Assembly (NCBI GenBank): GCA_951406725.2
Contig: OX597822.1
Coordinates: 20,708,001 to 20,772,000, forward strand
Reading direction: 5' to 3'
Length of the DNA: 64,000 nucleotides
DNA from: Octopus vulgaris
Lineage: Eukaryota
Shown: piece by piece, positions 40,101 through 54,124 of the stretch
Layout: the number at the start of each line of letters is the position of its first letter
Position numbering within the stretch: position 1 is the stretch's first letter
Made by a program: the position numbers and the translations under genes
The notes under the pieces: generated by a model
Seen by the model: only the letters and a program-made list of their open reading frames with translations
Told to the model about the DNA's origin: nothing
The model's database searches: none

Positions 40101-42189
40101 ATTTGGTCAATCTACATTTAGTTTAAAGACCTGAACTTTGTCTTTTATAATGATATACAGCTGGTTTGCACCTGTCCCGTTGACTCTATGTACTTGTACT
40201 TCCTAATTGCTATTATTATTATTTTGTTGTTTATTTCTCCCAATTTATGGTAGTATATGGAACCTCATTAACTTTAGGAGAAATTGAAAATGGTAACTCT
40301 GCAATGCCAGTTCCAGTTTTATTTGATATTTATTTTAGTCCTCAAATAGTCTGTTATATATACTGTATATTTACTGTTTGGAAACATAACATATTTTGAA
40401 GCTCTTATAATCTGGAGTCTTCTCTTTCTCTGAAATAATATTATTTATATATTTCATATAGGTATAAACCTTACACAACACAATTTTTAGTGATACTATA
40501 TCATAGGACAAAGAAGCATATTTGATTATTTAAATTTTCTTCAAAAATGTTTCAATGTTGAATATATTGTTGATTATTAAACAAAGAAACTTATAACATC
40601 TTGAACATCTAATTGATTTTGAATATATACATCATTGTAGAAAAATTGTAAAAGCAAAACAAATTTGAAGTTATTTTCATAAAGGTAATGAATTTTTCTT
40701 CCTGGTATGTATTCAGATATATTTCAGGACAACAGGAGATAGCAGTATTCCAAATAATCTCAAATGGAAATTCTGGATAGTTTTCAACTTTTTCATTTTC
40801 TCAGATCAACCCAGATGGTACAATCTTATGATATAAAGCATTTCTAGCCATGACTTGCTCATCTTTGTAGTGCATTTAGGCTACATTATTCAATGTCTTT
40901 CCATTTTTTTAAATGAATGGGTGGGGGTGGATGATTTGAGATGGATTTAGCTGCTATTTCTTGCAGATTGTATCACTGTGTAAAAGCTTTACAAAGAACT
41001 ACAGCTAGCTCAGTTGAAACAATAGAACCAACCAATGGGTCAGTGTTTCATATTGTATGAACAATTTTTCACAATTCTTCACAGTGCTCTGGGCCAAAAA
41101 TCAGAACTTCCAGTGGGTCAGTTTATCTACATCTAAGTAAGTACAACAGGTTTGTATTGTCCCTCTACCATAAACAGTCCTGGCAGTAATGTAAATTTGA
41201 TGAAATAGTATAGGTCTCCTTAGCTTTGTTGTGTAGTCCCAGGTCAGTTCCGATCATGCAGACCTATAGTTCGGGTCTATAATTATTCCATCTATAATTA
41301 TTTGTTTCTCTGGGCACAGCACTGCTAAGACCACATTATACAATGTCCCTACTTATTTAAGGTGCGATTTGATGGCATTTGGTTGCTATTTATAGCTAGT
41401 CGAGTGACTGCTTAGAAGCTTCTTTGCTGGTTCATTTATACTCCCAGGTGTATTGTAGCATTGTGAGGTGTGATGATAAAAGGAGTATTCTTTGTTTTAA
41501 AACAGACTGATCATTTATGAACCTCTGCTTTCTTATGACATCCAACTTTATCTGCACTTCAATTCAAATATATTTAGCAATTAGATATTGAATTTCAAAT
41601 GTAGTTGAATGTTTTAAAATTCCAAGTTACTCTGGAGGTGTATATCACTTTACACCAGTTATTTATACTTGAAGTACAATTTGCAAGAGATAGACCATAA
41701 ACCTTTACATACTGTTTTTTCATATTCCATATAAACTAATTCTCTGCATTCCCTTATCAAATGACATTGAAATTCTACTTGTTTCACATAATAGTGATTT
41801 GGTGATCTGACAATATGAAACTTTGTACCATTTTAATGACTTTTCCCGTAAAGGAAGGAGACTGCCAATAATTCTTTCTGGGGCCTCCATACAGTTTCCA
41901 TTCACAATATTTCACCCTCAAAGCCTTGGTCAATATGAAGCTAAAGTAAGAGACATTTGGCCAAGTTGTCATACAGTGGGATCATACTTGAAAGCATGAG
42001 TGAATTTTCTAACCATTCAACCGTTCTTAAGTCTATATTTCCTCAGCTTTATTCTTTTGCTTCAAAATGAAGTGCTTCAAACTCAGACTTAAAATTTGAT
42101 TTTCTTATCTTATTTTCTTATCTATAATCCAGAATTCACTACTACTACACTGCCATATGTGTGTGCTTGTGTGTGTGTGTGTGTGTGTA

Positions 42190-42221
<32 letters not shown>

Positions 42222-42381
42222 TGTGTGTAATTTTTTAAAAATATTTCCTCCCAATATTTATGTTTTCTATCTGTGCTTTCTATATGATGTATATTCTTCA
42301 CTTTTTACTGTTCTAGTTTTTGTAATGGAAGAACAGATTCCACAACACCTACCATAATATAATATTTACTTCACACTTTGT

Positions 42382-42730
42382 CAGTGGTTCTCGTGCCACA
42401 GTACACTGTTGTTCCACTGGGGGTATCTAGGTAAGCAAAAATGTATATCTAGATGTTCCACAAGGGATATTTAGTGTACCACAAGGAGTATCTAGGGGTG
42501 CACCAAGAATATTTAGGTGTATCACAAGTTGTATTTTGTCATAAGGGGTATGTATATAGCATACAAATGTATATAAGTGTGCTACAATGTGTCACTAAAG
42601 GTTACTAAGTGTTGTCACAAGAAATATCTGAGTGCTTCAGGAAGGATATCTAGATGTGTCACCAGGGTATCTAAGAGTACCACTGGGACTAGCTGAGTGT
42701 ATTACAAGGGATAACTGGGTGTGGCACAAA
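42382..42730 (+). repeat. Degenerate 20-22-bp minisatellite following a hAT-like terminus
   Basis: Starts cagtggttctc, followed by roughly 14 diverged units of consensus gtgt(a/g)ccacaagggtatctag. Confidence 0.65.
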
Positions 42731-44063
42731 TTTTTTAAATTCTGAGCATCATGATAAACAAATTATTCATAATTTTCTTGTTCACAAATGTGATTAATAA
42801 ATCAAATTCACTCAAATAGTTTCTATTTTTTTCTTAAACTTTTGACTTCAAAACATACAACCAAGTGAAATACTTAAGTAATTTTTTATTTGATCACTGG
42901 TGGTCCCTAGTTGCAAAGACTGATCTGTCTTTGCAACTAGGTTTCTGGTCCATCAGAAATTACTTTTACTATGGATGGATATGAACTCATCGTTGCCAAA
43001 TTAATAAATAATTTATCGATTTTAGGATGATAGAATCAGTAGAATGATGGACACTATGTCCATCATTTTGGATCAGCTTCACTTTTCATTCTCCCGAGGC
43101 CAATAACATAAGTACCAGTTAAGTACAAGAGTCAGTGTAATCAGTGATCTCCATCTGCTGTATATCAGGTTATGTGTTTATATGAGAAATCTTGAACAGT
43201 TCACAGACAGCATTACCTTCTTACTGTTAAGTTTATACATTTCTAGTGTTAGGTACTTTAATCTTAAAAACAGTCATGTATCCAGATAAATATCCAAAGT
43301 ATATGTTGCAGTTTGATCTCACATGATTTTATCATATTCAAAATCTTGATAATTATCAACTTTTGTTTTCATTTGATCCTTTTTATAGTAGCTTTTTCAA
43401 TCTTAGAATATTTATGGTTTTACAGAGAGATGCGTCTAGTTGAATTGCTGCACACTTTCCGATCAGATTTCCATGATCTGTTAGTTATTATGATTTGACT
43501 GACAAAAGCTTGAGACCATTGCAGTATGTAGTTATAACTATCTACATTCTGAGTTCAGATCCCACAGAGATAAATTTTACTTGTTATCTGTCTGGGACTG
43601 TGGTCCATAAAATAGAGAAACCAATTAAATGCAGGGCTCAGTTTAACACTTTGTATCCATCAGCAAGTGTAAGTTCTGGTGCATGTGGCAGAAATCAATA
43701 TTCTTACAAAGCATCTAAGATGTGACTCAAATTATAACAGAAGACATTAAATAGACACACTATTCCTTATATGCTAGCAAAAAAGAACAAAACCCCAAAA
43801 AATGGAAAAAGAAAAGAAAACAAAAAAAACAGAAAAGCAAAAGACCTAGATGTCAGAACTTCGCTAATTACTCTTTAGTAGGATAACAGTTTAAAATAGG
43901 TCTCCATGTATTAACATCTTACTGTAAATGACATTATATTTTTATTTCCCTCTTAAGGTGCATACTTAATCTGATCCAATCTGATTTCATGGATCCTCTC
44001 AATGGAATAAAATTGCATTTCAGAACATGTATGTGTTACTATCCTCTTAAAGACATAATTGAA

Positions 44064-44185
<122 letters not shown>

Positions 44186-44816
44186 ATATATATATGTGTG
44201 TGTGTATGTATATATATCTGTATATATATATGTATGTATGTGTGTGTGTATGTATATATGTGTATATATATATATGTATGTATGTATGTATGCATGTATG
44301 CATGCATGCATGCATGTATGTATGTATATATATATATATATATAAATATATAAAACTACCTATGTGGGTTTCTGTATGTAAGCTTCTGCATTGTATTTAT
44401 GTATAATGCTATGTGTTTACGTTTATGTATCTTGTATGTAATTATATTTGTGAGTGTGTGTGTCTCTGTGTTTGTATATATGCATGATGCTAATGTTTAC
44501 ATACACATTTTTTTGCATGTATGCCATTGTTTGTGTATGCTGCTATATGTATGCATGCTTGTATACGTTGATGATTATATATATATATATACATTTCTCT
44601 TTATCGGTTTAAATGTGTATGTATGCATATATGTGAATGTATTTATGTCTTTCTCCATCTTTCTGCCACCCTGCAAGCAAGTATGTATATGTATGATTAT
44701 ATTTATCTGTATAGAGTTGTTCCTTTGTGCATACATCCATAAGTACTTATCAATTTAGTCATGTATACACATATATGTGTATATAAACATGTATATATAT
44801 GTATGTATGTGCGTGC

Positions 44817-44893
<77 letters not shown>

Positions 44894-45683
44894 CACACAC
44901 ACACACACACATATATATGCATATGTGTGTGGATTTGTGTGTGAGGGGGGAGGGGAAATGATATGAAATATCTCAAATAATGAGTCCTTAGTTGAGTATG
45001 CAGGAATACTATAAAATAGAAATATATATTTTATAGCTGTTTTATATTGCAATCTCCATTTCTTATAAATTCCTTTTTTTTGTTTTATTATAAAATATCC
45101 AAATTTATCTCATAAAAATTTTTTTTTCCTTAAATTTAGCATTATCATTATTATCATTATTATTATTATCATTATTTTTATTTTTCAAATAATTAATGCC
45201 CATGTCATCAATATAGAAACCTATTTTACTGTCATGTATCAAACAAATCAATAACAATTTTAACTTTTTGTTTCCCAGCAAGAGTGTTTTTACTGCTTTT
45301 TATGCATTCTTCCTCACTCAATCCACAACTGAACCCCAGCCCACAAAAAAAAAAAAAAAAATATTGAACACTTGCTGAAAAGCAGAAAATAGAAGGATAT
45401 AAAGAAGATGGTGATAATTGTTTTTGTGATAGTGGTGTTAGTGGGGAAAAACAGAAACAATACAATAAATAAACGTAACCAATATGGTTTTCCACACTAC
45501 CTACAGAAGAAAAAGAAAGAAATAAGGTGAAAATCCAACAAAAAATGAAACATTCTAATCTTGTTTCTGAAGGAATAATCAAGAAAAGTGAAAAAAATAG
45601 CAGAATATGCATAAATTTATATGTTATGTGAGCGAGTGAATGTATGTGTCTGTATTATATATGCATGTATGTGTATGTATATA

Positions 45684-46020
45684 TCATCATCATCATCGTT
45701 TAACGTCCGTTTTCCATGCTAGCATGGATTGGACGGTTCAACTGGGGTCTGGGAAGCCAGGAGACTGCGCCAGGCCCAGTCTGATCAGGCAGTGTTTCTA
45801 CATCTGGATGCCCTTCCTAACGCCAACCACTCTGAGAGTGTAGTGGGTGCTTTTTATGTGCCACCTGCACAGGTGCCAGACGAGGCTGGCAAACGGCCAC
45901 GATCGGATGGTGCTTTTTACGTGCCACCAGCACGGGGGCCAGACGAGGCTGGCAATAGCCACATTCGGATGGTGCTTTTTCATGCCACCGGCACAGAGGC
46001 CAGTTGGGGTGGCGCTGGCA
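45684..46020 (-). mobile_element. RTE 3'-UTR-only copy
   Basis: Highly similar to 54125-54480 and has a (CAT)n tail. Confidence 0.9.
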
Positions 46021-46819
46021 ATATTCAATACCAAATTCAATAAAGGTAAATTTATGAATGGAACCATTTTTTTATAGCTTTCTTTCAGAGGTGTTTACTA
46101 AATGATCAACAAGCCAGACAATGTGCCATCATCAATTTGGCTTTGATTGAAAAGCAGAACAAGTTCAGCATTAAATATTGTTGAAAGTTTCAACTTGTTC
46201 ATCTACAGTTTATATGTGCTATGCCATCATTATCATTTGATGTATACATATATAATTGCTGGTGAGATACAGTATTTCATTTTGCAGTCATAATATACTA
46301 GTAAGTATAGGTTTATAAACATTTAATATACTTGGTAGTATATTATGGTTGCAAAACAAAATATGGGGTCCCTACTGATAATTAGTATCTATGTACCAGT
46401 TGCCAGGAATGTGCTTACTATCTAAATTAATCTATCCACTAGTGTTACACAACTAAACTTAATAGACAAAGAGACAAATCAGATGGGTGTATATGCATAT
46501 TTCAGGAGTTACTGCTCCTTCTTCAGTACTACATCCAACCCATTAAACTCCCACAAATGCATATACACCCATTAGGTCTTATTCTGTGTTTGATCACATT
46601 GTTTACAAAGAAGTGTTTGTATATTGTATACAAAACGTCATAACTTTCAATGCTGGCTCTAAATTCTATGGAAAATCTATAAAGATAAATTAAAAAATGA
46701 AATACATACATATATAAATACATGAATATGTGTGTGTGCATGTATATATAAATATATGTGTGTGTATATATATATATATATATACACACACATATATACA
46801 TCTACACGCACACACATGC

Positions 46820-46852
<33 letters not shown>

Positions 46853-48803
46853 ATATACATGTTTATTTATAAGTATGTGAGGGTTAGTGAAGGATGTACA
46901 GTCATAAAATATCGACCTCGTCAAATTCTGTCTGCTGCATGCAGGTATGGAAAAGCAGAATTTAAAGCATTGATAATGATTATGATAATGGTAATAAATA
47001 TATACATGCATACTCATATATATTTAAATATGCATATATTATTATATGATTATATCTTTCTCCCTCTCACTCTCCCTCCACATAGAAACATACACTTACA
47101 TACAGACATGAGTGCATGATGTGTATACACATGTGTGTATGAGCAAATATATGTGTGTGTGTGCATGTGCATATTTATATATATGAACGTGTGTATTTAT
47201 GTCTATATACTGTGGCTTTATTGAAGTAACTAATTTTTTCCTCCCCCTCTTCACTTTGTTAATCTTTTTATGAAGCCATCTAATTTGTCTCTTAGTTTGT
47301 CTATTAACTAACTAAAGTGTCTGTCTTCTTTTTCATTGTCTTTCTCTAAAGAAGAAAAAATGTTTACTCAAAGAATTGTTGAGTTTTATTTTTTCTGAAA
47401 CATTTTTCTCATAATCTTGTGGTTTCCCCATCCCTTATGGCTGGCTATTATTGATGCAATTATTTTCACTACCATAATATTAATGGTTGCTGTTGAGGTT
47501 CTTTTGTTTGTTGTTAATATTTTTGTTAATCTGAGTTATTCTTCTGAAGTGTCTAACTACTAGGAAGATATTCTAAATAGAGTCAAGTTATTCTTTTCTC
47601 CTTCTGATACTAACAGGTGGCTCCACCAAGATCTCATTGAAAAATTTCTAACAATTTTATATCAAGTCTGTGCAAGAAATTTTTTTGTAACTTTTTAAAT
47701 AATGTTTAGTGAGCATTCAACAAAATTGCATCTGGTTTTGCAATTCCTTCTTTCTCAAATCTCTCCAATATTATATTTATATCTTAATATAGTTGATTTT
47801 AATGAAAACTTTAAGATACAAAAGCAATGAACTAATTGTACACAATACAACTGTAAGTCGTTATTGTTAGATTAGCTGGTACTTTTTTTTGGTATTCCTA
47901 GATTAACAAACACTGAAAGTGTTTAGTGATTTATTTGGAGATTGCAATGACCAGCTGAAGCAAATGTTTTATCATTTAACTCATTCTCAAGCAAGATTAT
48001 TTTATATTATACAATAAACCACTAAATTATATCTGAGCCACTATATTATGCAGTAAACCACTAAACTAAAAAATTTCCAGGTGAATCAGCACTTTTCTTA
48101 CCTACTCTGATGATTAGTGAACAGAGTATAAATAGTTTAGGAAAGAATACAAGGTCTAACTGCTAGGGCCTATGCTACACACACGGAAAATTAGGTGAAC
48201 ACATGGATAACTAAAATCAATGGGCCTTAAAAATAATTTGTGCAAAACTTTCTTAATGCAATTAAAATCAGAAGAACTTAGTTATAACGAAAATTGGTGA
48301 AGTCCCTACCACTCCCATCAAAGGTGGATGAAGAACAGGTTGGGTGGCTAAGAAGCTCAGATGATGCAAATGATTTGAAATGAAATATTTTGAATTTTGC
48401 TAAGTAATAGATTTACTCAGCATGATCATAAATCTCCAGATTTGAATTATAATTATTGAACAGCAATTTTATTTGGTGTAATGAGAGTGGAAGATGATGT
48501 AGAAAAAAAATTGGTAAAGGACACCTGCTGGGAGAAGAAAGAATGTTGTAGGACTGGTCAAGGGTACTGAATACCAAGTGCCAACTCCTGACAATGTAAG
48601 TGAAAGAATATGAATAAACTCATGTGTCTTTTCATGTGTCTGATACATTGTAAACTTTGTCAGTGTTAATACTCATATTTTGAACCTAACCACATGGTTT
48701 TTGCCACTGTGTGGCAATTTGGCCAAGTGTCTTCTGTTATAGCCCTGAGCTGGCCAAATTCTTGTGTGTGGATTTGGTAGACAGAAACTGAAGGAAGCCC
48801 ATC

Positions 48804-48862
<59 letters not shown>

Positions 48863-50049
48863 TATTCACACATATATATATGTGTGTATACATGTATGCA
48901 TGTATATTTCTTTCACTTGATATTTACATAGTAGTTATTGACAAGTGTCACTATCATACAACATAGTGTTGATCATTTCCAATTTTCTGTGGAAACATGT
49001 CTAGTCATGGGGAAAAAATACTTTGCTCGGAAACAGGGGAGGGCTGGAGGTAGGAAAGACATCTGGTTGTACAAAATCTCCCTCTATGAATTTTGTCTTA
49101 CACATGCTAGTATGGAAAAGTGAACATTTAAACAATGATTCTGCTATTGATAATGATGATATCATGCAATATTTCCAAAATAGGGTTTTACAAATCCTGC
49201 TTCTTTTTAACTCATTGGTTTAATGTACAAGAAACAAACAAATACATAAACATGCAGGCAATAAAGTTTTTAAAAGCTAAATTCTCTATGGAACTAATGA
49301 TTTTTGAAAGTTAATATATAGTAACAATGCAAATAAAAATAAAACAGTAAATATATATAATTCATAAAAAGGCAATAAAATTTTTATAGTATTTGGATTG
49401 GGACAGACTAAATTATCAGAAATACTTGCATTAATAGTTGATTTATCTAGAAAAGTGGAATTTAGATAAAATTTTGTTGAATTCTCGCTGAATATTATCT
49501 AGGAAAGATACAAAAATATTTTTGCTTAAAGTTAGTTTATTTTTCATTCATTTATTTTGCATTTTTTTTTTTTTTTTGATGAGCATGGGTTAAACATGTA
49601 TATAACTGAAGTATTATTTTAAAGTCAGACAACCTTTCTGTCACTCGATTTTCAAGTCAGGGATTTTTCTTTCTACCCACCTTTGAAAGCAGAGGACCAC
49701 TACATAATTTGTTATCACTGATTTTCATGTGAAGAACAGAATGTAAACATTTACCAACAGACACATATGCACATTCACACACAAGTGTGTGTGTGTGTGT
49801 ATAGTTAATGGCTTGAGAACTTCTGAGCATTCTTGACACATGTCTTCAATTCCTCTGTCATCCATGGCATTTTTAATCTCTTGGATAATACATCCAATGT
49901 CTTCTAACGATTGGTTTCATTGATATTGGATTTTGCTAATCTACCTCTTCTCTGTTTACTATGAGAAGGTTGCTGCAAAAGAAATTCAGCTACCACCTCC
50001 TTGTTATACCAGCAGTGACCAATAAATCTCACCTTGGGCTCTTGTATTA

Positions 50050-50450
50050 TCCCTGTGATATATAGGATGTCTTTGTTTGTCATATGTTTGACACCATGAG
50101 ATATTTAGAACAGTATGGAACATTCTGATGGAGTGCTACAAGGTGGTACTCTCACACAGAAATCAGACTTATATCAATATTGCTAAAATAGAATATATGT
50201 CTTACAACCATAATGGAACTGAAAGCTTGCACTCTCTGAGTTGAGAAAACATAAAGAAAAACTAAGAATTACAAATACCTTGGTTGACACATGTCCAAAT
50301 CTACGAGTGATGTGGAAATTAGGATTAGTAAAGTGTAGGGAGTGCTTAACTGTTTGGATATGGAAATTTAGTCTTCCACAAAAATATTAGAAAATATTTC
50401 TTCAAAACTGTAGTTGAATCAATTTTAGTTTGTGGTTTTGTTATAGACTC
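50050..50450 (+). mobile_element. Highly decayed RTE RT remnant
   Basis: Fragments GVLQGG, LYINIAKIEYMSYN, YKYLG, VEIRISK and FFKTVVESILVCG. Confidence 0.6.
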
Positions 50451-52299
50451 ACTGGGTAACAAGGGAGATAATGGTAAATACAGTAAGTACGCAACTGGTA
50501 CTTAATTTATCAACCTCCAAAAGAATGAAAGGCAAAGTAGACCTTGGCAGAAGTTGAACTCAGAGTGTAAAGACAGATGAAATACCACTCAGCATTTTGC
50601 CCAGTGTGCTAACAATTCTACTAGCTTGCTGCCTTAGGCATACTATAAATTAAATGAATGATAGTAGCTAGCTATTAAACATGTACATTGTAATAAATAT
50701 CTCCTATAAAAAGTGAAACCAGTTTGTAGTTATGTACTTTGGAGTATGTAATTATATACTTTGGAATACTTGAAATAATGTATCAAGTCACCCCATAAGT
50801 TCTGTCCAATTTTACCTTTTTTAAAATTGAAGTATTTTAATAGTATTTTAGAATGTCTAATGGAATTAAAAATTATTTTTATGCATTTGCTGAATATCTC
50901 TCGTTGTGAGATTCACAAATAGTAATTTTCTACTCTGATATATATGTTCTTACATTTCTATTTCAGTTTTCTAAAACTTCCAGTTGTTATCATTTAGTTA
51001 TTTGTTCCATCTCAAAGACATGTGTATGTTCAAAATGTGTGTGCGTGTGTATTTTCTTTTTCATAATCACATACACCTGTCCACATGTATACTACAACTA
51101 CCTTGAAGGAGTATTATTTTCTTTTCTCCAATGGTATTAGCTGGCAGCTGGACTAAGCTTATAAAAACGTTTACAACACTCTAACTAAGACATCAATGAA
51201 ATTTCATCAAGATATTGATAAAGTTTGGTAAAGAGAAAATCATTTCAATTTCACTTCATAACATAACTTCAATTTCATTCCAGTGCCAGGTATTAACTCT
51301 GAACGTTAACAATAAAGCTGTTGGAAAAATACCCCAGGGAAGTGTTCCATATACTACAAAGAAAGAAACTCTCTTGGGACTCACACATGTTATGTAGTGA
51401 GTTGAAAACTTCAATCAGCTTTAGTAGTGTAGGTGTAAATATAAAATGTTTTATCTCTGAAGATGAGGCTACAACCCATCAAACCAATAATTGTATACTT
51501 GCATTGTGCTTCTGTACATTCCTATTATAAACCCTGTAGTGCTTGTTATAAAATGTTCAACTGGTCTTCCTCACTTTTATATAACTTTAAATCAATCATA
51601 TACAGTCATTCCATAATGCTTCTATCGCCAGTCTGGTGGATAGAAGTCTTATGTGTTAATAGAAGAGGAATAATCCTTTTGGAATATACATCTACGTACA
51701 CGTGTGAGTTATCATTATGTTTTATGTAGGTGTTTTGTTGTTTCCCGTCATTTGATTCACACATGCATGCATGTACACATGCACATGCACAGGCACACAC
51801 ACACTCTCTCTCTCTCTCATACATGCAGAAATATGCATGTGTGTGTATATGTTATATATATGTGTGTGTATGTATGTGTTTATATAATTTTGACTGGTGC
51901 TATACATGTATAGTTAGTGTTTGCAGAGTCCATTTATCTGGAATTCTGTGAAAAGTATTTTTGCTGTCAATCCTTGCCTTGCAATTTTTCTCAATTCTTA
52001 CAATCTTTGCTTATTGCTTATTTATCAGCAGATGATTTTTAGAGTCTTAACTCTCACTTCACCATCACTTTTACTCATCTGATTAGATGTTATTCTCTTT
52101 CAGGAAGGCATTTACAGTGAGAAATTATTGATTCGAGAATTTCGTGTTTCATTGATAGTTAGATGATAGCTGTATAATCATAAGAATGTTCGTTGTTCTT
52201 GGATTTTTTCCTAGTAGCTCTGGTATTGTCTCTGTTGTTTTTTCTTTTGAGAATAACATTAAAAAGACTTGCGCGTTTTGTTATGTCTGTTAGCCAAAA

Positions 52300-52353
52300 G
52301 TGTAGTATGTATGTATGTATGTATGTATGTATGTATGTATGTATGTATGTATG

Positions 52354-52392
<39 letters not shown>

Positions 52393-52558
52393 ATATATGT
52401 ATGTATGTATGTGTGTATATATGTATATATATATGTATGTATATATATATATATATATGTATGTATATATATATGTGTGTATATACATATATATATATAT
52501 GTATGTATATATATATATGTATATATGTATGTATATATATATATGTATATATGCATCT

Positions 52559-52612
<54 letters not shown>

Positions 52613-52622
52613 ATATGCATCT

Positions 52623-52670
<48 letters not shown>

Positions 52671-52967
52671 ATATTTCGGAATGGTCATATTGCCAGTTTA
52701 GCCAATAAAAACACACGCACTATATATTTGGTGTTATTTTGCTTCAGTGATATTTATTTTTTACATTAATCTTAATCTTATTTCGGCCGAAATAAGATTA
52801 AGATTAATGTAAAAAATAAATATCACTGAAGCAAAATAACACCAAATATATAGTGCGTGTGTTTTTATTGGCTAAACTGGCAATATGACCATTCCGAAAT
52901 ATAACAATATCTGTTTCAACACACGACTTCACATAAAAAATCTTGCACAACAAATATTTAAACGTAT

Positions 52968-53005
<38 letters not shown>

Positions 53006-53016
53006 TATATGCATCT

Positions 53017-53056
<40 letters not shown>

Positions 53057-53062
53057 GCATCT

Positions 53063-53102
<40 letters not shown>

Positions 53103-53166
53103 ATATGCATCTTTCTGTATATATATATATATATATATAAATATATATGTATGTATATATGCATCT

Positions 53167-53208
<42 letters not shown>

Positions 53209-53362
53209 GCAGCTTTCTGTATATATATACATATATATATATATGTATGTATGTATATATGCAGCTTTCTGTATATATATACATATATATATATATGTAT
53301 GTATGTATATATGCATCTTTCTGTATATATATACATATATATATGTATGTATATATGCATCC

Positions 53363-53404
<42 letters not shown>

Positions 53405-53490
53405 ACATGTATGTATATATATATGTGTGTATATATATATATGTATGTATGTGTGTATATGTATATATATATGTATGTATGTATATATGT
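52300..53490. repeat. (TATG)n/(TA)n minisatellite with recurring gcatctttctg units
   Basis: The unit appears on both sides of the palindrome (about 52553 and 52617; 53011-53367). Confidence 0.9.
52663..52910. repeat. Perfect 248-bp palindrome (124-bp arms, no spacer) of a pLTR-like module
   Basis: Base-by-base check shows identical arms centred at tttcgg|ccgaaa (52786/52787). The right arm continues as the family seen at 20144-20305. Confidence 0.95.
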
Positions 53491-54120
53491 ATTCTCATGA
53501 AACAAAACTCCATTGGTGGAAAGCTCAGAGTTTCGGAGGTCCCCACAACCCATACTTTTCCAAAAGAAAGTGGCTTGTGGTGGGTTTGCTGTTGAGATAC
53601 GTTGAATGCACTCCAAAAAAACCTGTAGAAAAAACTATTTCACACCGAAGTACGAATGGGTCCTTTCCGAAATATTTATCCAAGATTATGATAGGTATGT
53701 AAATAGAAAGATTAATGAGACCAGTAAAGCAAGGTCTGAGCATCTGGCAGAACAGGGGTAAAGAGACATAAGGAGAGATCAGGAATTGGACACTTGGAGA
53801 GCTGAGTGTGTGGCAAAGCAAAGGAAAGAGACAAAAGCAGCAGACACCATGAATCAGATATTCATGTGAATAAAAAGGGAATAGATTAAGTTTTGCATAA
53901 ATCGGACCACAGGTTACTGAGATACACAATATTTTTTGAGTACCTTTATAAATAGGCAGATGGGCATATAATGGGAAAATGCTTTGAAAGTAAGGTACCA
54001 TTGAAATATGAATACACATGGATTAACAGAAGTTTTGCATAAATTGGACCAAGGATTCCTAAGATACAAAGGTTTTTGGGGTACCTTAAGCTGCTGGGGA
54101 AACAACAAGTAATGGGTAGT
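53490..54120. mobile_element. Possible DNA-transposon terminal/subterminal fragment
   Basis: Direct repeat aagttttgcataaat(c/t)ggacca..gataca..gtacctt at about 53888-53947 and 54031-54087. Confidence 0.35.
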
Positions 54121-54124
54121 CTTG

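Noticed and set aside
35900-40500. Possible very old LINE remnants (35.9-36.8 kb and 39.6-40.5 kb; also 30.7-31.2 and 47.3-47.8 kb)
   Set aside because: Only compositional hints; no diagnostic motif could be read confidently.
42382-42730. CRISPR-like array
   Set aside because: Units are contiguous and degenerate, with no unique spacers or cas genes, in eukaryotic context.
48180-48600. Tc1 transposase relic (SPDLN-like at about 48433)
   Set aside because: Single short motif with no TIRs identified.
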